Below, piece after piece: positions 8,564 to 15,416 of a stretch of DNA of 37,057 bases. Origin of the DNA: a virus (lineage: Duplodnaviria; Caudoviricetes). The DNA is taken from IMG/VR virus record IMGVR_UViG_3300038675_000965, positions 1 to 37,057 of that record; one strand, given 5' to 3'. The notes below the pieces were generated by a model. That model did no database searches, had not been told where the DNA came from, and saw only the letters and a list, made by a program, of their open reading frames with translations. The first letter of the stretch is position 1. Each line of letters starts with the position of its first letter. The position numbers were made by a program, and so were the translations under genes.

Positions 8564-8633
8564 GCGAAACGCAGAGGGCTTTGCTCTTTGCGTCTTGGAA
8601 ATATGGTTGCTTCCAACTGATGAGCCAGACCAT
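8563..8633 (+). ncRNA. Type II hammerhead ribozyme
   Basis: GGC-GAAA, stem III (8570-8592), GUC cleavage triplet 8592-8594, stem I TTGGAA/TTCCAA, core CTGATGA 8617-8623, GCC closing stem II, pseudoknot ATGGT/ACCAT. Confidence 0.9.
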
Positions 8634-9006
8634 GAAAGATTATGAAATGATTATAGAATTTGTTTTGTTTGCCAAAAAACTTGAGGGTGATGAACCTTTA
8701 AAAGCAGAGGCTTTGCTTTCGGCAGTAATCGGCTATGCGTCTGGGGTTTTGGGAATAGATAAAACTAAAAATCTTATTTTTGAGACGGTTGGAGCTATTA
8801 AAAAAAGCACTAATATTGTGGCAAAACCTAAACTTTCTGCGGAAGAAACGGCAAAACTAATCAACCGTTCAAGGAGCTTTTTTTATAAAAATTTTGAACG
8901 TTTGATTGTAGAGCAAGATTTTCCTTTGCCGATTGCTGGAGAAGCCAAATTAAGCTGGAGCAACCAAGCAGTTAATGACTGGTTAGAGGAGAAAAATCAT
9001 GTCTGA
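8632..9006 (+). CDS. Protein with a C-terminal AlpA/excisionase-like HTH
   Basis: LSAEETAKLINRSRSFFY..FPLPI..WSNQAVNDWL; start uncertain (8620, 8632 or 8647). Confidence 0.6.
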   Translation: MKDYEMIIEFVLFAKKLEGDEPLKAEALLSAVIGYASGVLGIDKTKNLIFETVGAIKKSTNIVAKPKLSAEETAKLINRSRSFFYKNFERLIVEQDFPLPIAGEAKLSWSNQAVNDWLEEKNHV

Positions 9007-9196
9007 CAAAAGTGTTAGCAAAGCGATTAATGGCTTTTTAGATCAAGCTTTTGTGATGCGGGTTGAGGTTTCGCTGGAAGACGTCTGTGAAGCTATGGTT
9101 TGTGCAACATCGGGTTTTATTTCTTCAGGATATGACCATAAAAAAGCCGCCGAAATGCTCCGTAATGAAGCAATGCGGTTAGACCCACCAAATTAG
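8999..9196 (+). CDS. Hypothetical protein
   Basis: GAGGAG RBS, overlap with the upstream gene. Confidence 0.6.
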   Translation: MSDKSVSKAINGFLDQAFVMRVEVSLEDVCEAMVCATSGFISSGYDHKKAAEMLRNEAMRLDPPN

Positions 9197-9209
9197 GGAG
9201 ATTTTTGTT

Positions 9210-9443
9210 ATGTACATAATTGAAGAAAATGTTCCAATTCCTCAAAAACGAGGCAACAACAAAGGTAAAACAGACTTTCTTAGAATTCTCCAAGTTGGAG
9301 ATTCCTTTGTTGAAGTAATTCCTAGAAATAAAAGAAGAGCAATAAGTTCTTTTTGGCGAGCAACAGCAAGGAGAATTGGAATTAAAATTCAAACTTATTA
9401 TGACGCTGAATCTGGCGGATTAAGAATATGGAGGATTAAATGA
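9210..9443 (+). CDS. Small basic phage protein, probably DNA-binding
   Basis: IEENVPIP..LQVGDSF..GLRIWRIK, a common phage pattern; GGGAG RBS. Confidence 0.65.
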   Translation: MYIIEENVPIPQKRGNNKGKTDFLRILQVGDSFVEVIPRNKRRAISSFWRATARRIGIKIQTYYDAESGGLRIWRIK

Positions 9444-9616
9444 AAGCAGATCCGATGTATTGGGAATTATTACTTAAAATTTCTTGTTCTCATTGGCGAT
9501 ATAATTCTCCAAATCCTTTTGATACTAGATGGGAATCTAACCGTTACAGCTTCAAAAAACTTTCAAAAAAATTTTCTCGGCAACGTAACTTTTTAAAAAT
9601 TTTAGGTGCGGCATGA
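9440..9616 (+). CDS. Hypothetical protein (58 aa, not in the ORF track)
   Basis: GGAGG RBS; ATGA overlaps at both ends; MKADPMYWELL..KILGAA. Confidence 0.55.
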   Translation: MKADPMYWELLLKISCSHWRYNSPNPFDTRWESNRYSFKKLSKKFSRQRNFLKILGAA

Positions 9617-9798
9617 ATGATAGAAACGAATTTAAATGCCCGAAATGTGGTCGTTTATTTAACGAAGGCATAGAAGATGAAGACATTATTGAGTGCGGCT
9701 GTGGGTGTGTATTTGAATACACCCGAGAAATATTTTTTGATTTTGACATCAAAGTAATCGGCGATTGGAAATTGGAAGAAGGGTGGAAAAATGACTGA
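9613..9798 (+). CDS. Small zinc-ribbon protein
   Basis: CPKC..CGCG; coupled to its neighbours. Confidence 0.6.
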   Translation: MNDRNEFKCPKCGRLFNEGIEDEDIIECGCGCVFEYTREIFFDFDIKVIGDWKLEEGWKND

Positions 9799-10420
9799 AA
9801 TAAAAAGACCTTTAGATGACCATTATGTAACACCGCCAGAGGCGATTAGAGCTTTGCTTGCGGTTGAGTCTTTTAACCGTAAATTCGGTGAAAAAGTTTG
9901 GGAGCCTTGTGCAGGCACAGGAGAACTTGCAGAAGCTCTTCGGGCAGAGGGTCTAAATGTTTATGCTTCAACTATTCAGCCAAAAGAATTTTATAATAAG
10001 GAATTGTCTAAGATTGATTGTGGGGTTGATTTTTTAAAGCAAAATGAATTACCCAAAAACTGCACAGAAATCATTACTAATCCTCCTTATGGAATGCTTT
10101 ACGGCAAAAAAGATGCAAAAACAGCAGAAAAAATTATCAGACATGCGGTTTTTAAACTTACTCCATATAAAGTTGCAATGCTCTTGCCTATGCAGTTTTT
10201 AGGCGGTGTTGGTCGTAAAGAAGGGCTTTTTAAAGAGTTTCCACCAACAAAATTTTATCAGTTTTCTGACCGCATCAAAATGTATCCCGCAGGGATTGAT
10301 GCTAAAGGCAAAAATACCCCCACCCATTATTTTGGGTGGTTTATATGGCAACCTTATATGTTTAATTTTGGGCAATTACCAAACTTTGCAGGCTGGCTTA
10401 ACAGTAAGGAGTTTGTGTGA
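9791..10420 (+). CDS. DNA amino-methyltransferase (probably N6-adenine)
   Basis: Motif I WEPCAGTG, motif IV ITNPPY. Confidence 0.8.
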   Translation: MTEIKRPLDDHYVTPPEAIRALLAVESFNRKFGEKVWEPCAGTGELAEALRAEGLNVYASTIQPKEFYNKELSKIDCGVDFLKQNELPKNCTEIITNPPYGMLYGKKDAKTAEKIIRHAVFKLTPYKVAMLLPMQFLGGVGRKEGLFKEFPPTKFYQFSDRIKMYPAGIDAKGKNTPTHYFGWFIWQPYMFNFGQLPNFAGWLNSKEFV

Positions 10421-10641
10421 TTATGGAAGAAAAGCAAATAGATGTTGAGGAATATATCAACAAAATCACTTTAACCGATGAAGAACGCCAGCCCTGTGAA
10501 ATTTGGTCGAGAGTGATGGGATATCACCGCCCTGTTTCTGAATGGAACAGAGGAAAACAGTCAGAATTTGCAGAGCGTAAAGCTTTTGCCGAAGCTAAAT
10601 TTTTTGAGACTGCGGAAATCAAGGATAAAAAATATGGCTGA
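10417..10641 (+). CDS. Stand-alone NrdD C-terminal (glycyl-radical) domain protein
   Basis: CEIWSRVMGYHRPVSEWNRGKQSEFAER, matching the class III RNR C-terminal motif. Confidence 0.8.
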   Translation: MIMEEKQIDVEEYINKITLTDEERQPCEIWSRVMGYHRPVSEWNRGKQSEFAERKAFAEAKFFETAEIKDKKYG

Positions 10642-11038
10642 TAGAACGGCATTAATCGCAAAAATTCATATAGCTAAAAAAGAGCTTGCCCTTGATGATG
10701 ATACTTACCGCTCGATTTTAAAAAGAGTTACAGGCAAGGAAAGTTCAGCGAAACTACGCTATTCACAACTTGTTGATGTTTTAGAAGAATTTAAAAATCT
10801 TGGATTTAAAGGCAAAAAATTTAAAGAAGCCGATGACCCGCAAGCCCGCAAGATTTATGCCCTTTGGACCAAGCTGTTTAAGCTTGGGGCAATTGCTGAC
10901 AAAAGCCGCCGCGGGCTTGGTTCATTTTGTGAACGCATGACAGGGGTTTCTACTCCTGAATGGCTCGATGTTGAGCAAGCCACCAAAGTTATAGAATCTC
11001 TTAAACAATGGATTGCAAGGGTTAAAAGCAAAGCATGA
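10634..11038 (+). CDS. gemA: GemA/gp16 (DUF1018) regulatory protein
   Basis: LIAKIHIAKKELALDDDTYR..TGKESS..KIYALW..VIESLKQW. Confidence 0.85.
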   Translation: MADRTALIAKIHIAKKELALDDDTYRSILKRVTGKESSAKLRYSQLVDVLEEFKNLGFKGKKFKEADDPQARKIYALWTKLFKLGAIADKSRRGLGSFCERMTGVSTPEWLDVEQATKVIESLKQWIARVKSKA

Positions 11039-11436
11039 CCGAGAATGTGTTCGAATTGACAGGAGTTTTAGCCGACATTGCCGAAGTTGCAGGCAATGGA
11101 GCGGCTTTGTCGATTGCGGCAGAAAAAGGCGGCGGAGAGGCTTATATCCCTCTTCCTGAAAACTTAAAGATAGATCATTGGCTGGTTAAGCTGGTCGGCT
11201 TAGATAAAGCTAAGAAAATTGCCAAGAGAATTGGCGGCGGAGCTATGGAAATCCCAATGGGACCTTTTGCAGGCAACCGAGCAAAAGTCTGGAGAGCAAT
11301 TAGAATTGCGTTAAAAAACGGCAAAAGCACAAGACAGGCGGCAAAAATGGCAGGGGTTCATGTTAGAACCGTTTTTAGGCATAAGGCTGGTGACAGCGGA
11401 GCAAGTTTTGATGAGGCTCAAGGGGAGTTGTTTTGA
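11035..11436 (+). CDS. Late transcription activator (Mor/C-like position, C-terminal HTH)
   Basis: LADIAEVAG..GGGEAYIP and C-terminal STRQAAKMAGVHVRTVFR; last gene of the early/middle operon. Confidence 0.7.
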   Translation: MTENVFELTGVLADIAEVAGNGAALSIAAEKGGGEAYIPLPENLKIDHWLVKLVGLDKAKKIAKRIGGGAMEIPMGPFAGNRAKVWRAIRIALKNGKSTRQAAKMAGVHVRTVFRHKAGDSGASFDEAQGELF

Positions 11437-11437
11437 G

Positions 11438-11857
11438 TTATCTTTTAGGAAATAAATATTTTGTAATTATAAAAACTATACCAAAAACTTCAGCTAAAGT
11501 TCCTGCCATATAAAGATGAAGCGAGTAGTTATCAAATTTAAGCTTTTCAATGCCAACCATATAAAAAACAAAATTCATAATCAAAAGTTGAACAATAAGA
11601 ACACCTATAGACCAATAGGCAAAATGTTTTTTTAGTTTTCTATCTTGTTCCTTATCATCATTATCAAGCTTTAATTTATGATTTTCAATTTTTAATTTTT
11701 CAATTTCAGTACGAGTTTTTTCTTCATCTAAAGAAATAATTTCTTTTTCTGGTTTGTTTGGTTCATCCCGAAAGAGTTTAATATAAGTATCATTGCTATA
11801 AGCTTTAAGTAAAGCTTTATCAAGTAGCCCACTACTCAAATTGATTTTAGAGCTCAT
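11438..11857 (-). CDS. Coiled-coil plus two-TM membrane protein (moron)
   Basis: Charged coiled coil, then FAYWSIGVLIVQLLIMNFVFYMVGI and LYMAGTLAEVFGIVFIITKYLF; ATGA-coupled to the peptidase. Confidence 0.75.
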   Translation of the reverse strand: MSSKINLSSGLLDKALLKAYSNDTYIKLFRDEPNKPEKEIISLDEEKTRTEIEKLKIENHKLKLDNDDKEQDRKLKKHFAYWSIGVLIVQLLIMNFVFYMVGIEKLKFDNYSLHLYMAGTLAEVFGIVFIITKYLFPKR

Positions 11858-12345
11858 TGCAAACCTAAAGATTTGAGGCGGTTAATTATAGCCTCTGGGG
11901 ACACACCAAAATAACGAGCCAAAACAAAAGATGGTGTTCGTTTTTGCCGTAAGACTTCTTCTTCAGGCATTAAAAGGTTGGCGGCAAATTGATTGGCAAA
12001 CATTTCTTCAGGATCTTTTCCTTCAGAAGAACGAGAATCTCGAAAATTAACACTTGATATTTCTTGCTCTCCGAGTTCCATTTTTTTAATAAAATGACCT
12101 AATTCGTGAGCACATGTAAAACGTTTACGGTTTTTATGATCTGATGATGAAAGGAAAATAACCGCATCTTGCCCCTCTTCTTTTGCCAAAACTCCAGAAA
12201 CATCAGGAGGTAATTCGGTTTCAATAACTTTGACACCAATTTCTTGTGCAATAACAACTGGGTCAACAGGAAATCCTCGGTCTCCCCAAATTTCATTTAA
12301 AATAGATTCTGCGGCATCTTTTGGCATTGACGCAATCCTATTCAT
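11854..12345 (-). CDS. ImmA/IrrE-family (peptidase M78) zinc metallopeptidase
   Basis: RKRFTCAHELGH (HExxH), E.FANQFAANLLMP, LARYFGVS. Confidence 0.9.
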   Translation of the reverse strand: MNRIASMPKDAAESILNEIWGDRGFPVDPVVIAQEIGVKVIETELPPDVSGVLAKEEGQDAVIFLSSSDHKNRKRFTCAHELGHFIKKMELGEQEISSVNFRDSRSSEGKDPEEMFANQFAANLLMPEEEVLRQKRTPSFVLARYFGVSPEAIINRLKSLGLQ

Positions 12346-12500
12346 ATTATTTTCCCTATGATTATATAATACACCAAATCGTTTGATTCACCAAGACTAA
12401 TAGGAAATTGTGTTTAATGCAATAGTGTTTAAACAGTATTATAAATTAAGAAAAAAGATTATAATTTTCCATTATTTTTAAATTTTAACAGGAGGACAAT

Positions 12501-12710
12501 ATGAGTTTAGATGAAATAAAAAGTCTTGATGGGGTTGCTAAAGTTAGAACAAAAATTTCTTTAAATGATGGAAAAGAACGTCGCATATTAAAAATCGAAA
12601 TAAGCTTCAAAGAAGAAGATACTGATAAATTTGAAACGGTGCGTCAAAAAGCTTGCGATTTTCTAGATGATTATGAAATCTATGACGAAGTAGAAATAGA
12701 AGAAATATGA
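12501..12710 (+). CDS. Hypothetical acidic protein
   Basis: AGGAGG RBS; divergent from the peptidase operon. Confidence 0.6.
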   Translation: MSLDEIKSLDGVAKVRTKISLNDGKERRILKIEISFKEEDTDKFETVRQKACDFLDDYEIYDEVEIEEI

Positions 12711-12769
12711 ATCTTGCCTTTTTGATAAAAATAAGAGAATATGATTCAAGCTTAAAAAACGCTTATAGC

Positions 12770-12813
12770 TGACAGTTGTCACAGTCAAATAACACCTCAT
12801 AAAACCTTATCCT
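12770..12813 (+). promoter_or_regulatory. Late (lysis) promoter: activator palindrome plus -10
   Basis: TGACA-N2-TGTCA (12770-12781), 26 nt, TATCCT; same geometry at 20106-20149. Confidence 0.65.
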
Positions 12814-12844
12814 CGTCAAATACAGTTTTGGCGAGGTTTTTTTT
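12811..12844 (+). terminator. Intrinsic terminator overlapping the late -10 and the endolysin RBS
   Basis: CCTCGTCAAA/TTTGGCGAGG stem followed by T8. Confidence 0.7.
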
Positions 12845-13351
12845 ATGCAGTTATCAGAAAATTTTACCCTAAAAGAGTTCACAAAATCATGGCAAGCCGA
12901 GAGGCTCGGCATTGATAACCGTCCATCTCAAAAAGAAATTTTTGCAATGGGTCGCCTCTGCCAGTCGGTTTTACAGCCAGTTAGAAACCATTTTGGTGTG
13001 CCTGTAATTATTACTTCAGGCTTTAGATGCCTTAAACTTAATAAGGCAATCGGCAGTGATGATAACAGCCAGCACATAACAGGCGAAGCGGCTGATTTTA
13101 AGGTTAAAGATGTTCCTGCTCTTACAGTTGCTGAATTTATTGAGCAAAACCTTGATTTTGACCAACTCATATTAGAATGGCGGAATAAGCAGGAACTTAA
13201 TCATGTTTCGTATAGGAAGCCAAAGGAAGAAAAAACGCATATTTCGTATGTTTTATGCAGTTTAAACCGCAATGAGGTTCTCTACAGCCCCCGTCCAAAA
13301 GTTTTTTTAAAAGGACTTCCCGAATTCTGGCCACTTAAAAAGGAGATTTAA
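12845..13351 (+). CDS. Endolysin, peptidase M15 family
   Basis: LSENFTLKEF, ITSGFRC..N..IG...SQH..GEAAD, FDQLILE, HISY. Confidence 0.88.
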   Translation: MQLSENFTLKEFTKSWQAERLGIDNRPSQKEIFAMGRLCQSVLQPVRNHFGVPVIITSGFRCLKLNKAIGSDDNSQHITGEAADFKVKDVPALTVAEFIEQNLDFDQLILEWRNKQELNHVSYRKPKEEKTHISYVLCSLNRNEVLYSPRPKVFLKGLPEFWPLKKEI

Positions 13352-13352
13352 A

Positions 13353-13871
13353 TTGAATAAAAATTTGTTTGCAAGTCCAACATTTTGGGCAACCATAGTT
13401 TTAATTATAAGCTCAATTTTAAACTATTTCGGTTTTGCGGTTACCGATACCGATAAGGCTGAAATGGCAACGCATCTTTCGATGCTTGTAAACTCAATCT
13501 GCGGTTTAGTAATTTTATGGCGAAAAATTAAAAGCAGTAAGGTTTTAGTCATTCTTCTGCTCCCCCTATTCGCCATAACGGCTTGTGCGGTAACATCTGC
13601 CGAAACTGCCTCCCAAAAAGTCTATGCCTTGCAGGCGGACTTTAATATCGCACAAGCCGCCGCTTTTGCTTATGTAAGCAGTCCTTCGGCGGACACTGAC
13701 ATTAAACGCAATGTTCAAAGGTTGGAAGCTATTGCTTATGCATCCGTTAAAGCCGCTCAAAAGGCGGTGGTCATGGGTGATGCTCCCGCTGTTCCTGCTC
13801 TTTTGTCGGCAGGCAAAACCGCAGTTTTTGAATTTTCTGATTATTTAATTGAAAAAGGAATTTTAAAATGA
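13353..13871 (+). CDS. Holin-like 2-TM region fused to a lipoprotein-like domain
   Basis: Two N-terminal hydrophobic helices, then KIKSSK-VLVILLLPLFA-ITAC lipobox-like segment; TTG start with AAGGAG. Confidence 0.55.
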   Translation: MNKNLFASPTFWATIVLIISSILNYFGFAVTDTDKAEMATHLSMLVNSICGLVILWRKIKSSKVLVILLLPLFAITACAVTSAETASQKVYALQADFNIAQAAAFAYVSSPSADTDIKRNVQRLEAIAYASVKAAQKAVVMGDAPAVPALLSAGKTAVFEFSDYLIEKGILK

Positions 13872-14056
13872 ACGTATCTTCAATTCTGCTCGGCATAGCG
13901 ATTGCCGAAGGTGCTGTTAAAGGGCTGAAAACAGCCATTGAAGCTAAAGAACTGGTTAAGCAACTGGTTTTAGAAAAACGTGACCCGACAGCTGATGAAT
14001 GGACGAAGCTTAATGCGGTTACGGACGAGGTTCACGAGGCAATTCAAAAAGCTTGA
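13868..14056 (+). CDS. Small lysis-cassette protein
   Basis: Coupled ORF; RDPTADEW motif. Confidence 0.6.
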   Translation: MNVSSILLGIAIAEGAVKGLKTAIEAKELVKQLVLEKRDPTADEWTKLNAVTDEVHEAIQKA

Positions 14057-14064
14057 GGTTTAAA

Positions 14065-14268
14065 ATGGATACAATTGATTTTGCACAAGAAAAAGAAGAA
14101 AACGCAAGGCAGTCAGCTCTTATTAAACATAAGATTAAACCTGAGGCGGGATTAGGTTCTGAGACCTGCAAAATCTGCGGCGATACAATTGATTTAAAAA
14201 GGCGGAAAGCAATACCTAACTGCGATACCTGCCTTGAGTGCCAGATTATTTGCGAGAGAGGTTATTAA
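14065..14268 (+). CDS. TraR/DksA C4 zinc-finger protein
   Basis: MDTIDFAQ..CKICG..I...RRKAIP.C.TCLECQ. Confidence 0.88.
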   Translation: MDTIDFAQEKEENARQSALIKHKIKPEAGLGSETCKICGDTIDLKRRKAIPNCDTCLECQIICERGY

Positions 14269-14588
14269 TGGAAGAAATTATGAAGATATGGCCTGCTCTT
14301 GCATTTATAACAAACCTTATTATTGCTTGGGCTTTATGGTCTCTTAATAAAAAATTTGCAACCCGTGAGGAGCTTTCTTCTTTAGATACAAAGATTAAGG
14401 CAATTGAAGGCAAACTTTCGGTCGGACATGTCTGCTTTAATCAGGATTCAATCCATAAACTTGAGATTGCAACTACTGAACTTTCTGGCAAGGTTGAAAC
14501 TTTGTCAGCTCTCATCGGCAGAATGGAAAAAACTCTTTCCCGCCAAGAAGATTATTTACTTAATAAAGGGAGAGCTAAAAGTGAGTGA
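14268..14588 (+). CDS. DUF2730-like (Mu gp25) membrane-anchored coiled-coil protein
   Basis: N-terminal TM, KKFATREEL, coiled coil; position. Confidence 0.7.
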   Translation: MEEIMKIWPALAFITNLIIAWALWSLNKKFATREELSSLDTKIKAIEGKLSVGHVCFNQDSIHKLEIATTELSGKVETLSALIGRMEKTLSRQEDYLLNKGRAKSE

Positions 14589-14883
14589 TTATAAAGATTA
14601 TGTAACTGCCGACAGACGGCTTGCAATTTTAAGATTTTTATCTGAAGAAAACGATTTTTCTTTAAATGAATCAGTTCTTGCGGTTGCTTTAGAAAAAATC
14701 GGGCATGCGGTTGCCCGTGATGTTGTCCGCTCGGACTTAGAGTTTTTGCGGGATATTGCCCTTATCAGGCTTGAAAAAGTAATGGATAGAATTTTGGTTG
14801 CAAAAATCACTCAAAGAGGACTTGATGTTGCAACTGGCAAAACCATTGTTTCGGGAGTTAAACGCCCTGCACCAGAGGTTTAA
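14581..14883 (+). CDS. Mu gp26-like winged-helix protein
   Basis: GTG start; DRRLAILRFL..NESVL..TQRGLDVATG....GVKRP. Confidence 0.85.
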   Translation: MSDYKDYVTADRRLAILRFLSEENDFSLNESVLAVALEKIGHAVARDVVRSDLEFLRDIALIRLEKVMDRILVAKITQRGLDVATGKTIVSGVKRPAPEV

Positions 14884-14885
14884 AA

Positions 14886-15416
14886 ATGGGCAGAAAATCA
14901 AAAATCGACAAGCTTCCAAGCAATCTTAAAGAACTTATCGGCAAACTCCGAGAGCAAGGCAAAACGATTGATGAGATTCTCTTTAAACTATCTGAATTAG
15001 ATACGGATATTTCTCGTTCTGGGCTGGGCAGATATTTACAGAGAGCGGATAAAATCGGGGAACGCTTGCGTCAAACAAGGGCAATGGCTGATCACATTAT
15101 TAAAAAAACGGAAGACGAACCGCAAAGCAAACTTGCTCAGCTGAATTTTGAAATGATGCATGATTTAATTTTTCGTTTAATGAATTCAGAAGACGGCGAA
15201 AAGACTAGTTTAGACGCTAAAGAGGCGATGTTTCTATCAAATTCTTTAGAAAAAATTGCGAAAGCCGCCAGAATTGATTTGGATAGAGAACTTACCATAA
15301 AGAAAGAAATTGCCGCAAAAGCCGCAACTGCGGTTGAAAAAACCGCTAAAAAACAAGGGTTATCTTTAGAAACTATTGAAAAACTTAAAGCTGAAGTTTT
15401 AGGGGTGGCGAAATGA
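14886..15416 (+). CDS. Mu gp27/DUF3486 (putative small terminase)
   Basis: MGRKSKIDKLP..ISRSGLGRY..AKKQGLS..VLGV. Confidence 0.85.
   Translation: MGRKSKIDKLPSNLKELIGKLREQGKTIDEILFKLSELDTDISRSGLGRYLQRADKIGERLRQTRAMADHIIKKTEDEPQSKLAQLNFEMMHDLIFRLMNSEDGEKTSLDAKEAMFLSNSLEKIAKAARIDLDRELTIKKEIAAKAATAVEKTAKKQGLSLETIEKLKAEVLGVAK

Noticed and set aside
8581-8631. N-terminal extension of the 8581-9006 ORF
   Set aside because: This stretch is the hammerhead ribozyme; a TTG start without an RBS is unlikely
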